Notes: generated by a model not told the origin, from the sequence alone. Shown: positions 13,035-25,489, numbered from the whole stretch's first letter. The stretch: DNA of 63,924 nucleotides, filler included, from Thraustochytrium aureum (GCA_012862495.1; 5 parts of 3 records of this genome joined end to end with filler, not necessarily neighbours in it); one strand, 5' to 3'. Translations and numbers: made by a program.

Positions 13035-13125
13035 AGAAACAAAACCAACCAAACCAAAGCCAACCAAAACAGACCAAAGCCAACCAAAACAGACCAAAAC
13101 AGACCAAAACAGACCAAAACAAGCA
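13035..13125. repeat. CCAAA/AGACCAAAAC low-complexity repeat
   Basis: Directly visible 5/10-bp periodicity. Confidence 0.85.
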
Positions 13126-14460
13126 AACGCCGGTCGGCCGTCCCTCACGAGCGCGCGGGCGCCAGCAGAGAGGGCCTGCAGGGCGTCCTCTCAGCGGCGT
13201 CTGCTCGCAGAGGCTCTGCTTCGCGGGGCCTCCTCACAGCGCAGAGGGCGGCGGCTGCAGGAGGAAGTGGGGAAGGGTTTTTTGTGTGGCTGGTGTGCTT
13301 GATGAGCCCAGCACTGGTGTCGTTGATGAGCAGGTGGTGCTGTTGATGCTGGGCGTGGCAAAGCCCGATCGGGGCCGGCCAACGACCTCGATTGATTGAT
13401 TGATTGAGTCTTTGATCCGGTCGGTTGGGAAGGAAGGAAGGAAATAAGCCCTCGCGAGCTCCAAAGCGCGCTCGCGAGTTGCGTGTTGCGCTGACTTGGT
13501 CGGCTGCGAATACCGCGGCCTTACGTGCGACGGCCGACACTTCTCCACATCGGGAGGCGGTGGCTGGTCTGGGCTGTGCTGGCTGGCCAACCCAGCAACA
13601 GCGACTCCCGTTCCCGGACGTCTCATCTGACTGCGACGCTCGTGTCCGCAGTTGCTGGTGGTGGAGGGAGTGATCGGGTGACTTGGCCAACGCCTTGGAA
13701 GGAAAGGCACCAGGCAGTAGGGAGGTCGTCAAGAACGCCAAGCACAGTGAGGAAAGCATTTGGGCTCCAGACTCCGAAGGGGGACGCGCCTGTGTTCAAG
13801 CCGGTCTTCTGCATAACTCGATCGCCTCAGACCTCGAAACGCCTCGACTTGAGCAGCCCTCGCGAGACACGTGCGGCGAGCTATAGCCGCTGCAAAACTC
13901 AAGCGCGCCGGCCGCAAGAACAAGAGGCTTGGCAGTAACGCATTGCGCCTTCCCTGGAAGCAAGGGACGTGCATCGCGAGCCTCGCGTTCGCCTGCTAAT
14001 CTGGCCGACCCAACAAGTGCCGAGGCTCAACCAGTCACACAACGAGCGCCGGCTGCCAGGCGAGGGCCGGCTAGCGACGCGCGATCAAAGCGCTGCTGAA
14101 CGCTCCAAGCAGGCGGAGCCCGCCCGCACTACTCTCAAGATTCCAAGCAACGGGGACAACGTCACCAGGTGCTCAGCCGTGCCGAGCCCGGTTGGCACAA
14201 AGCCCTTGCAGAGGGATAGCATGTGCAACCAGGAAATCCGTCAGACCGGAGGAGCTCTGCTGCACATCGTTTCAGGAAGGGACCACGACCCACGAGGCAT
14301 CGTCGGGCCGGCTCGCCGCGAGCGCCCTCCAACACACCTCGGCCCAGATATCCGCAAGGCAGACGTTGACTGTGACGGCCTCCCCTTTTACGCGGAGGAG
14401 CGCCGCGACGAGCAGCACCCCTTCGAGTGCGAAACCACAGGCGAGTTTGCACAAGAGCAG

Positions 14461-15948
14461 ATGGCAAACCAGCAGCGCAGCATCTACAACCAGGGCTACT
14501 GGAGGCCCGCCGGCGAGCCGCAAGCAGCACAACAGCCCTCGCAACAGTCCCAACAAGACCAGCAACACCCTGGGAGGCCTACTCCGGCCCAACCTGCAGG
14601 CCACGAGCTCCACAGCAACACCCTGCACTACATGCGCCCCCCAGCCCCGCGCCCCTTTTTCCAGCACTTTGGCCAGACCGAGTTCATGAGGCAAGCCGAC
14701 GCGCACCAGCAAGGGCAGCCCGCGCGCTCCCACGCAGACCAGCTGTACAATGGCAACAGCTCCTACTCGCATCCAACTTCGGGAAACCATTACTACAGCC
14801 ACAGCGGCTCACAGGCACAAGAGGCCTCCAACGCCCCAGGCGCTCGCCAGCTCGAGCACGCCGGAGCGACGGGCGCACAAGGTCGACAAAGCGCCCTTGA
14901 TGAGGACGTCATGTGGGGCTTTCTCGACGTTCTTCACGCAGACGAGCCAGAGCCAAATGCGCAATCGCCGACGCCGCATGGCTATCCGGCCCAAGTCAAG
15001 GTGCACTCCAGTCACCATGAGCCAGCGACCCACCTTTCGACTGCCGGGAACCCACGCACCGAGCTCCGGGCACCCGCAAACGCGCCGACCCCAACGCCGG
15101 CGTTCGAATCGGCCTCGCGGCTGGCAGGCCTCACTCACCCCGCCTCCGCCAAATCCATCAAACGAGAGCTCGACGACGCCGCGCCGGGCTCTGTAGGGCC
15201 GCCATCATCTGCCTCGACCACCTCGGGGGCCTCGTCAAGCGTTTCCGGCGGCGCCCTCGCAGGCGTGCACACGCTGACCAAGGCGTACTCTGCCGACTCC
15301 ATCTTCGTCGCCCAGGATCCGCCGCAGGCGCCACCAGGTCGCCGCCGCCGCACCAAGGAGGTCAGCACGCGCACCTCCACGCTGACGTCGCTGGAGGTCT
15401 TCCTCAGCTACGTGTGCACGCGCAAGGACAAGACTGGCGCCGAGTACCTCGACTGCAGCGGCATTCTCTCACGAGCCTGCTACGAAAAGTGGATGTCGTC
15501 GCGCCGTCGCAAGCCTCGCTTCCCTGAAGAGTGCTTTCGCAAGACCATCATCTCGCACATCACCGTTTCCGACAAGGCAAGCCTCTGCTTTCCCAAGCCC
15601 GTCGAGGCCAGCCTGCTGACCGAGCTCCGCAAAAAGCGCATCTGGCCCTGCTTTGCCGGCCGCTGCTACGAGGGTACGGACCGCATCATCAACATCGGTC
15701 AGAAGGGCCTTCGCGCGCTTGGCTTCCACGAGCGCGCCGAGAGCACCGATGCCGCCGACGGCTCGCCGCTACCGCAGCCGCTCAAGCGCGCATCCAGCGA
15801 CGACGGCATTCGCGGGTTCGACGAGCCAGAGGCGCCGAAGCGCAAGCGGTTTCCTTCGCAGCCGGTTCTTTCAAGCATCGCTCGGGCGACCGACCTTGGC
15901 GCAGGGCCTCTGGCTTTCCAGAGCGGCTCGGCGCCGCCGCGGCCTTAG
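14461..15948 (+). CDS. Putative transcription-factor-like protein: Q/H/P/S-rich disordered region plus a compact ~120-aa C-terminal domain and NLS-like motifs
   Basis: Long ORF 13969..15948; likely start MANQQRSIY at 14461 (alternative ATG at 14221). Folded segment LEVFLSYVC...YEKWMSSRRRKPRFPEECFRKTIISHI...ELRKKRIWPCF...IGQKGLRALGFHE; basic motifs GRRRRTK and PKRKR. Confidence 0.7.
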   Translation: MANQQRSIYNQGYWRPAGEPQAAQQPSQQSQQDQQHPGRPTPAQPAGHELHSNTLHYMRPPAPRPFFQHFGQTEFMRQADAHQQGQPARSHADQLYNGNSSYSHPTSGNHYYSHSGSQAQEASNAPGARQLEHAGATGAQGRQSALDEDVMWGFLDVLHADEPEPNAQSPTPHGYPAQVKVHSSHHEPATHLSTAGNPRTELRAPANAPTPTPAFESASRLAGLTHPASAKSIKRELDDAAPGSVGPPSSASTTSGASSSVSGGALAGVHTLTKAYSADSIFVAQDPPQAPPGRRRRTKEVSTRTSTLTSLEVFLSYVCTRKDKTGAEYLDCSGILSRACYEKWMSSRRRKPRFPEECFRKTIISHITVSDKASLCFPKPVEASLLTELRKKRIWPCFAGRCYEGTDRIINIGQKGLRALGFHERAESTDAADGSPLPQPLKRASSDDGIRGFDEPEAPKRKRFPSQPVLSSIARATDLGAGPLAFQSGSAPPRP

Positions 15949-16314
15949 CGGCCACCTTGCCTGGCTCGGTCGCTTGTCACTAATTTGTTTTCCCAAGGTG
16001 GCTTCCAGTGAAGCCATCCTCTGTTTCATGTTCACCAAGCACACCCCAGCGCAATGTGAAATACCAACCTGCCTTTTCTTTTGACGTACGCCGCGGCGAA
16101 AGTGCAGACGGACGGGCCGCGACGTGGCGTCCAACTGCAACGATCCTGACCCCTCGACATAACAGACAAAATACTTTCCTTTGCGCGCTTGGCTGAGCAA
16201 AGCATCGCCTTGTCCTACTCTTGCAGCGCAGGCGCGCAGGCCACCAGGTCGCCATTTTTTGGCGTTTGCCTTCCGAACCGATGTTTTAATTAAAAACGCA
16301 GGGCGACGACGCCG

Positions 16315-19300
16315 TCAACCCGACAGGTCCATATCCGCAGGTTGCTCCAGCGGGGACGGATCGGAAGAGCCCGCTCCCGCATGAGACACGCTAGACTTGC
16401 GCTTGCCGCCAGACACCGTCGACGCGCCACCCCCCGCGGCTGCCTTTGGCTTGCGAAAGATCTCTTCTTCGAGATCGTCGCCCTCGCCCCGGGCCTGCAG
16501 GAACGGGTCCACAGGAACGGCCAAAAAGTACTCGCGAATCACGGCCAGGTCAAACATGTACCCGACGCCTCCCCAACCCAACTGCACGGTCGCCTTGAGC
16601 GAGGCTGCGTCGACGTGCAGCACCTTTCCGCGACCAAACGCAGTGTCCACCTCCGCGCCCTCCTGCGCACGCACGGCCACCAGGTACCTTCTGGGGCCAG
16701 TGCGCTGCACGATAATCCCCTCGCCGTTCGGTGTGCCGACCTGCGTCCCAACCAGCCCGTACGCCTCGTCCAACTCGTACTCGCACGTAGGAGCCGGCAT
16801 CGAGCCCACGTCCTCGTCGCAGAGCTCGTCGAGCCAACTCGCAAACCTGGTGTTGTTCCACACCGTGGGGTTCCAAAACTCGAGCTGCTCCTCGCTCAAC
16901 TGGTCGAGTTGCGCGCCGATGTCGGCATAAGCAGACTGGTTGCCGAGCACGCGCTTCATGCTCTTGAAGAACAAAAAGATAGCCTCGCGCTCGTGGAAGC
17001 GCTGACGAACCGCGGTGACCACGCCCGTCCCGCGCCCAGCCACTGCTGCATTCGCAGCGCCCGGCCCCGCACCGCCAGCCGCCGACGCATCACCGAGGGC
17101 GGCAACAGCGGGCGCCGAAGGGCCCCCCGCAGCAGAGTCCCCGCTGCCTGCGGCAGTGGCCGCGGCGCCAGCCGCGGCGGCCGGAGCAGACGACTGGTTT
17201 TTGACCAGTACCTTGCGCCGCACCGTGACGGAGACGCGGCCGAGCGGCTCCCCACAGGCTTCACTAGTCTTGTTGATCAGCTCGCTCACGATGGAGAGCA
17301 CAGGGCCTTGCACAGACCGGGGCACACCACAGCCCGCCGAGAAGTGCGTCGCGTAGTCCTTCGGAGTCGCACGCGGCCCAAACTTGCTCATCTCCTTGCG
17401 CGTCGTCTCCACGTACTTGTACACGCGCTGGCTCTCGTCGTCAGACTTATTGGTGAACGAGTAGAGCGGGTTGAGCATCGGCAGCTCCCCCGAAGGGGGG
17501 TGCCGCCGAATCCACTCGCGGGAAGCGGCCTCGGATCGACCGGCGCGCTTCGGGAACTGCACGCAGACTTCCTCCACGCTCGCCTCCACGATCTCGACGG
17601 CAAACCACTGCCTCTTCTTCTTGCAGAACGCGTCGACACGGTCGCCCGCCTTGAGGTCGTCCACGTCGTTGATGCCATAGCCCCACTTGAGCGTGCTCTC
17701 GCCCTTGGGAATCGACTCCTCGGCGACGTCGCACGACGCATGTGCCGCGTCCACGTCCTGCAGCGCTTCGCAAAAGAAGGGGTCCTTGAACTCGGCGCCG
17801 GTGCACCCGGGCGGAAGCTTGCGCCACTTTNNNNNNNNNNNNNNNNNNNNNNNNNNNNNNNNNNNNNNNNNNNNNNNNNNNNNNNNNNNNNNNNNNNNNN
17901 NNNNNNNNNNNNNNNNNNNNNNNNNNNNNNNNNNNNNNNNNNNNNNNNNNNNNNNNNNNNNNNNNNNNNNNNNNNNNNNNNNNNNNNNNNNNNNNNNNNN
18001 NNNNNNNNNNNNNNNNNNNNNNNNNNNNNNNNNNNNNNNNNNNNNNNNNNNNNNNNNNNNNNNNNNNNNNNNNNNNNNNNNNNNNNNNNNNNNNNNNNNN
18101 NNNNNNNNNNNNNNNNNNNNNNNNNNNNNNNNNNNNNNNNNNNNNNNNNNNNNNNNNNNNNNNGCGGCCCGGAGCGCGTTGACCAGCGCGTTGAAGATTG
18201 TCGTCCCCCTGTTACTCGCCGGCTTTTCCAGCTCCTCGAGCACCTTGCTGGCGTAAACGTCCTCCAGGCTGCCCTCGAGGCTAAGCGAGAGCCGGTTGAA
18301 CTCGCGGTTGTCGGCAATCGCAGCGTCCATCACCGGCGAGCCATACAGCCGCGTCGGGGGCAGCGGCGGGGGCCAGGCATCCTCGGCGCCCTCCTCCAGG
18401 CTTGGCGGGGCGCTGGGAAAGCACCGCCGGACCTCCTCGTCCCAGTCTTCGTATCTCCGCATGTTGTGCGCCAGCTGCTTGAGCAGCTTGGGGCGGGCCT
18501 CGGAGCGGTACTCGGACGCCGCCAGCGCGCTCGCGCGGCCCCCATTCCGCTTCCCGGGCGGGGTTGCGTAAGCGCTCTCAATTTCTGGGAGCGCGGCTGA
18601 GCCAACCAACAGGTTGACATCTAGGCGCTGCTCCTTTTGGTCCAGCCACCCAAGCAGGGCCGCCGAGACGCTGCTTTCGTCGTGCGTAGACCCGTCCAAC
18701 GCGAGACCCAGGATGTTTTTCCCCTCCGATCTCGTCATCCAGGTCGGTGCGGCCGCCCGCGTTTCGCCGCAATCCGCCACCCCTCGCCAAGCGCGAGCTC
18801 GGGCTGGTGCTGGGCGCCAGCCCACCGCCCTCCTCGCCGTCCTCGCCGTCCTCTCCCCCATCGTCGTCGCCGCCGCCCTCGCCGCCCGGCGGCCTGGCGA
18901 CGGCCCGGTCAGAGAGGCCCTCGGGCTCGGGCGCGCTTGCCGGAGCACCCTGCTCTGGGCCCAAGGCTGGGGCTCGCAGCGTCCCGAGCGCCGGAAGCTG
19001 TGCCTCGATCCCGCCCGCGAGAGCGGCGTGCTCACGGCGAGCCGCCGCAAGCTCCTCTTGGCGCTTGAGAAGTGTGGCCCGCCACGGGTTGATCTTGGCG
19101 CGCACAGGAGGGGACTCGAGGACAACGAAAAAGTTGCGCGTGTGGCAGTAAAAGGTGACCAGGTCGATCGCCTTCTGGTGTGCCTCCTCGAGCGCTTCGT
19201 CGCGCTCCACCATACCGTCGTCGCGCACCATTGCCGCTGGGAGCTCGAGAAGGTTGTCGCGCACCAGCTCGAGCGCTTTGCGCGCGTCCGAGGCCGTGCT

Positions 19301-22300
19301 GACCTTGCGCGTCTCTACGAGCTTGCGGATCTTGGCCAGCGCGGGCGGGCTGTACTGGACCGTCCTGCTGCATTGCTCGGGGTTGGGCCGGCTCTTGCTG
19401 ACCTCACGGGTCTCGATGTGCCACCAGTACGGCGACTTGAGCTGCGGGTTGTCGGCGCACTGCCACATCTTGATCTCCATCGGATAGTGGGCTTCCAAGA
19501 GGCGCAACAGTCGGCGAACGACGCTGTTGGTAGGGTTCTTCCACAGCGCGTCGGCGACCTCCTTGTCCGACAATGGACGGAACGGGCTCTGGTGCTCCGA
19601 GCACGACAAGCCTGTGTGCGGCCTCGGGAACTCGTCGCTGCTCGCCTCGCTGCCGCGACCAGGCTTGGCCCCGCGGCGACTCGGCGGCGGCCGCGGCCGC
19701 TGTACAACCTCCTCGCAGAGCGGGATCCGGTCGATCGCCATGCCGTCGTCGTAGAGAAAATGCACGCTGGGCTCATTCGCGAGACGCGCGTGGTCTTTGT
19801 GAAGGCTGGTCCCGGCCCCCTCCCCTAGGCCCTCAGGGTGAACCTGCAAGATCGTCCCGGGGTACCAGCCTGGGTAGGACGCTGCGTCGTCACCGCACCA
19901 GCGCGCTTCGCAGCGATCCCCGGTCCAAAACACGCGCTCCATGAGCTTGACGTCGCTCTCCGCGATGAGGGCCTGGATTCGCATTTCGTTGACGCCCGAG
20001 AAGGCGTCGCGAGGACTGGCAGGGCCAAACTTTTTCAGCTGGGTGCAGTCGATGGACAGGATCGAGTTTGTCAGACGGCCGGCTGTGCCGGCGTGGCCGA
20101 GGCGGATGCGCCCGTTCATGCGGTGGCGCGCCTTGCTGAGCGAGATGAGGAGATGGGAGACGCGTTGCAGCGCAATGCCCTTTGACTCGCGCTGCACGTT
20201 CTCCCAAACATCCTTGGCTATGTCAACGTCCACCTGTTCGGCGCGCTTGCTTCGCGCGGCGGCCGCGGCTGCCCCGCGCCTTCTGCTAGCCTTGTTGGAC
20301 AGTTTGGCAGGGTCGTCCGCGACGGAGCCGGCCGCTTTGTCGCCGCCCACGGACTCGTTCAGCTTTTGCTCGCGCCTGCTAAGTTCCTCGTGAAAAAGGC
20401 GGGCGGGGAGCTCGAGCTGCTCCAGTTCTACAAACCGGAGCGCAAGGGCACAGTACCGCAGCAGCCACCGCGGCAGGTCCTCGAGCGCGTGGCGCTTGAG
20501 GCCGAATTTTTCCAGCCGCTCGTAGTCCTCTGGCTCGAGGCCAGTGTCCCCGGCCTCGTCCGCGAGCCAGCTGCGTTGCTCCTCGTCCTCTCCTCCGTGC
20601 AACAGTCTTTTCTCAGCTTTCTCAGCAGCCACGCGCCGCTTGCGTCCTCCAGTGCCAGTCGTCTGGCCAGGCGCAGGTGTCTCCGGCCCCGCCGCCGAAG
20701 CCCCAACCCCGTCCAGCGCACCAGGCCCGCTCGGCTTTGCGCCGGTTCCGGACCCTGCAGCCAAGGCGGCGCCAGCAACCAAGGCGGCCGCTTCGCCGGC
20801 GGGATACGAGTCGAAGGAGGCTTCGTACAGCATGGCGATGCGATGGATGGCGCGGTGGCGGCGGTTGACGACCTGCATGTACTGCTGTGCGCCGGTAATA
20901 AAGAGGAACGAGCCCCGGCACCCCTCCGAGCCGCACAGGCAAATCGCGGCGCGGAACTCGTCGATGCTGTCCGTGACGCAGTTGTAGTCGATGCAGAGCT
21001 CCTCGCCGCGCTCAATGTCGCGCACCGCGCGGACAGCAATGTGGTACTTGCCATCGATGACCGCCAGCATTGTGGTGCAGTTGGGCCGGCAGCTGTGGCT
21101 CAGCCGGCTCGTGAAAGACCCCTTGTACTTGGCGTCGGCGTACATCATGTACGAGCCTTCCTCTGTGTCGGCGGGGATCTCGAAGCGCATGTTCCAAAAG
21201 TCGGGCAGGGTCACTTTGCCCGAGTGGCCCTTGGCGCGCCGTTGAGCGTCCTCGCGCGCCTCCTTTTGCTCCCAGAGCCAAAGCGGGTAGAGTTCGCCAA
21301 AATAGGACCCGACGAGGTCGCCCTTGGGAATCGAGTCGGAGATGGACACCACACCGGTTCCCTTGGGGTGCACGCAAAACATGTGCTGGCCCCACTTTTC
21401 GTGGGCGCTCAAGAGGGCGTCTACGCCGGCTACGCGCGCCTGCGGCGTGATCGCCTTGTCGTAGATGGTCTCGCGGCGGTTCTCCAAGATGCAACGCTGC
21501 TTGGCGATGTCGACCCACTCGCGGTTGCCGTCGTCGTAGTGGACGAGGTGGTGCTTGCCCTCCTCCTCCGGCTCGCTCGTGTACTCTGCGATGCGGCCCC
21601 AGTACCAGACGCAATCAAGCGGCCAAAAGACGGAGATTCGCGTTCCGACGAGGCCGTCGTCGTCGGGCTCGGCCTTGCGCTTGCGCTTGCGGTCCGCCTT
21701 TTTGCTGGCCGTCTTGGCCTTCCTCCCGCGAGCAGGCCGCGACGCGACGCTTGCGCCGCGCCGCGGCCGTTTGCGAGATGCCCTTGCCGACTTGGACGGC
21801 GCGACCTCGGCGTCGCTAGGCTCTTCGTGGGCGTCGCTGTGCTCTTCGTCCAGGGCAGGGTCGAGGTCGTCTTGCGTCATGGACGGCCGACGAGCGTGCT
21901 GCGTGCGGGAGCGTTTGCGAGGGGCGCTCGCGGTCGGCGCGGCCGCCACCTCAACGCCATTCGCCTCGCTTGCGGCTGCATTCGCCGCCGCTTTTCGCCG
22001 CCTTGGCGCGGCGTTGGCTGGATTGGCTGCCTTGGGGACGGCTTCGAAGAACTCTGGCTTCTTGCGCTGTCGGCGCGACGTGGACCAGATTACATTCTCC
22101 AAGTCCAGGTCGATCCGCATGCGCTTTTTCTGCGACTTCGCGGCCCCAGCCCCGCCGCTCTCAAGGTCCGCGACCGCCGCGTCGGCGCTTGCGGCCGACT
22201 CGGCGAGGGCCCAGCCAGGGATGTCGGCATCTTCAGGTGGGCTGTTCTTTCCGTCGGGCGCGATTTCGGTCCTGGGATCGGGGACTGCCTCTTCCGAAAG

Positions 22301-24471
22301 CTCGGCGTCTGCGGCGACTGCGGCTTTGCCTCTGTTGCGTCGTGACGCTGCCCTGGCCTTTGCTCTGCCTTTAGCCTTTCCCTTTCGCGCTGCTTTCGTT
22401 TCCCGTTTCGGCGGCTGTCCGCTTGAAGCGAACTCGTCTTGGCGTTCCGTTGAAGCTGCATCGGCTTGCTCATCTCCCGCCGCTTCGTTTTGGGGGTCCG
22501 TTTTCGGAGCATCGCCTCGCTGCACTCGCTCGTTTGCAGCGGCGTCTTGCTGCTCGATAGACGCATCGCCATGCTGATCGACCGCCGTGCCATTCGCGCC
22601 CGCGTCCGAACCAGCACCTCGTGTTTGTACGACAGGGACGGCAGGGGCCTCCATTGCCCCACTCTCTGCGCGGTTCGACGTCGCCGAAGCGTTTGGACTC
22701 TCTGCGCGGTTCGACGTCGCCGAAGCGTTTGGACTCTCTGCGCGGTTCGACGTCGCCGAAGCGTTTGGATCAGAAGCCACAGCGTCGCCGTCGCCATCGG
22801 CCTTCGCGGCGACGTCGTCGGCTCCTCCAGCTGGTGCCGGTTGCACAGTAACTTGGCGCGGGGCATCCGCCGGCGACGGCGAGGCAGCGTGCGCGCCGTT
22901 GCTGGCTTGGTCCCTTTCCGTCGTCGCGGGCAGGGAAGCGGCGGCCCCGTCCGCGGAGCCGTCAGTCGAGGTTGACGTGGCGACACGGGGGCGCGCGTCC
23001 GGTGTGTCCTTAGCCGGGTCGGCGCCGTCTGCCTGGCCAAGCTCCGCGAGAGCCTTTTCCTTGATCGAGTTTAGTGCCTGAACAATGTCGTAGGCGAGGT
23101 CAGACGGCTGCGCGTTGATTTCACGGAGGAGCAGGCCCTCGATAAACCATTGTATTTGTGGCTGCGTCATGCGAAGCGCTGGGTCCTTGACCGACTCTAG
23201 AGCAATGAGGATGTTGCGCCGCGCGTACGGATCGATGCCCCAGGTGTCGGTTTCGATGACGTCGACACCAACGGCCTTTTGGCGCCAGCGCGCCGGATCG
23301 ATAGCGCGAGAGCGCGCAGCGGTCGCATCCTGCGGGTCGTCAAAGCCAAAGTCAACACCAGGCGACGGGAGCCAACGCGTGACGGGCTCTTTGGTGGCCT
23401 CGAGCCGAGACATCATTTCGGCGGCTTCCTCCTCGGTGAGGCCCTGCACGGGCGTGTAAAAGTCGATCACCTCGTAGTTGCGCGCCTCGAACGGCTTTTT
23501 CCGCCACCCGCTCATGGCAGGCTCGCGGTTTTCGAGCGAGAGGCGGTCCAGGCGCTCCTCGGCCAGCACTTCTGCGAGCTCCTCTTCCTGGCGCTGGCGG
23601 ATGGCTACGATTTGCTCTTTGATGAACTCGCGCACGCGCTTTGCGCCATAGTATGAGGACTGCGGTTCTTCGTTGGGCTGCTCCCGCTCGAGGACGTAGT
23701 CGGGCACCGCGAGGAGGTCGTTCTCCAGGGCTTCGTAGTCGGTGTACAAAAAGTCCTCCTTTTTCAGCTCGCGCTTCTGCTCGTACCCGCTGCGCTCGAG
23801 CAGCTTGAGCGCGGCCCTGCTTGCGAGCCAGTCCTCCTCCTCGATGCCGACAACAAAGTACTTGTTCTTGTCAAACTTGCGCGCCACTTCGGAGAAGCAG
23901 GGCCGGCCCTTGGGCAGTTCCACGCCACCCAGGGCTTTGCCGATGAGCAGGCCGTAGCGATCGGCCTTGCAGACGCGGTCGAAAAATCGGCGCACCTGGC
24001 CCCTGTGCACCTCGAGCATGCGGCAACGGCGAGCGAGCGGGTCTTCCAGCACTCGCGCTTCTTGCCGCTGGCGCTCGCGTTGCTGCTTCTTCCAGAGGGC
24101 CCAGTGCTCGGCGTTTGTCTTGCCGCCCTTGCGGCGGCGGCTTCGTTTTTGCCATTGCGCAGCGCGTCGCTCGCGGCGGCCGCGTCGCCGGCCACTGACG
24201 AGGACGTCGAGACTGACCGCTGCAAGCCCGGCTCGTCCGCCTTGCGCTTGGGGCCGGACGGCTTGCCTACGTTTCCCGCGTCTGGGCCCCACGTGAGATC
24301 GATTCCGGCGGCTGCTGCGCTCGCCATGTCGACAACCAGGGCCGGATCATCGGCGTGCGCGAAAGCGCGCTTGCTATCTGGCAGTCCGGTCGGAGAGTAC
24401 TTTTCCACCTCAAACCCCTTGCTCTCCAAGAACTTTGCAGACGGTTTCGCCCCGCGTGTGCTCTTCCGCAT
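16315..24471 (-). CDS. ATXR3/SDG2-like SET-domain histone lysine methyltransferase (~2700 aa) with degenerate bromodomain, Tudor-like and WW domains; split by 2 apparent indels and a gap
   Basis: Joins ORFs 23764..24471, 18578..24292 and 16315..19125 via shifts at ~24150 (A-run) and ~18720 (G/A-run). SET and post-SET at ~20905-21372 (HPKGTGVV...YFGELYP...SRLSHSCRPNC...GEELCIDYN...CLCGSEGCRGSFL). ATXR3-type C-terminal LLGW..Q / LP / YGSPVMDA motifs. Tudor VFWPLD..WY.G..HYDDG at ~21505-21655. Confidence 0.85.
22661..22768. repeat. 36-bp coding tandem repeat, 3 copies (NASATSNRAESP), inside the SET gene
   Basis: Three perfect copies directly visible. Confidence 0.9.
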
Positions 24472-24884
24472 CCTCGCTCGGGCCGCGCCGCTTCTCTGCC
24501 CCCGTCGTCCTTCGCGGCGCGCCGCGTCCCCGCCGGGCTGGCTGGCTGCCTGCCTGGCACTAGTCGACTCGCGAGCGCCGCCAGCGCCCTCGTCCCGAGG
24601 TCACGGTGGCGCTGCGCCCGCCGACCGGCCGGCCGCCCTCTGGGCAGCCCGTTAAGGCGGACCGCCTGGCGAAGCACAAACGACGGAGGGAGGGAGGTGA
24701 GGGGCGAGGATCGCGAAGTGCTGCCGTCCGAAGCGCCGGCCCGACCGCGCACGCGCCACGACCGCGCACCAAGAGCCTCGCAGCACGCGCGCAAAGCAGC
24801 CGTTCGCAACCCAAAGGCGGCGCCTTCGATCCTGCGCCGCTGCGCTCCTGCGCTCGTTCCGTGTCTGCCGGCGCGCGACCCCTC

Positions 24885-24950
24885 CCTCCTCCTCCTCCTC
24901 CTGCTGCTGCTGCTGCTGCTTTCGCTGCTCTTGCTGCTTTTGCTGCCGCT
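24885..24950. repeat. (CCT)n/(GCT)n microsatellite upstream of the SET gene
   Basis: Directly visible. Confidence 0.85.
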
Positions 24951-24957
24951 ATGCAGG

Positions 24958-25290
24958 CCACGTCATACAGGGGCGTAATGTGACTTACAGAGACGCGGGT
25001 ATGCGTCGCAGAGGATCCCCTGTGTCGCGGAAGTGGACCAGCGGTTTGAATTCACGTCACGAGGACGGCATGAGTGGTCCAAAATGACGTGACATGTGGT
25101 CGTCTGTGACGTGGGCCGGCGGGCTTTCGCGCGCGATACGGTGGGGGTACAAGTGACGAGGCGTCGGCACCGGGGGTCTTACGTGACGCTGGGCGGTCGG
25201 CTCTCGTGGCTTCAACCCTCGTCACGAGGACGGTACAGTGACGGTGCGGCCCAGCCGGCACGAGACAGGAAGGGCCAAGTGACGTGCCGC
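24958..25290. promoter_or_regulatory. Divergent promoter region (SET gene / cytochrome b5) with clustered GTGAC/TGACG motifs
   Basis: About a dozen GTGAC/GTCAC/TGACGT words in ~330 bp between head-to-head genes. Confidence 0.5.
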
Positions 25291-25489
25291 TGGGTGCTGG
25301 ATAGGACCGAGAGATTGTGTCGAGACGCTGGTTGAATTAATTGCTCGGACGCGCAGCAGAGCGCGAATCGAAACATCTCAGCCCGCGGCGACCAGGGCAA
25401 CGAACGTCCCTCGAGACGCGTGGGCGGCGCTGTGTGAGATACGCCGCCGAAACGAAGGCCGCGCAGGTCGACGCGGGGGTGTTGGCGCG

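Noticed and set aside
20366..22345. Long antisense/alternative-frame ORFs (also 16342..18600, 46035..47498, 54018..56258 and others)
   Set aside because: Shadow ORFs expected from high GC3 in real genes; no domain motifs.
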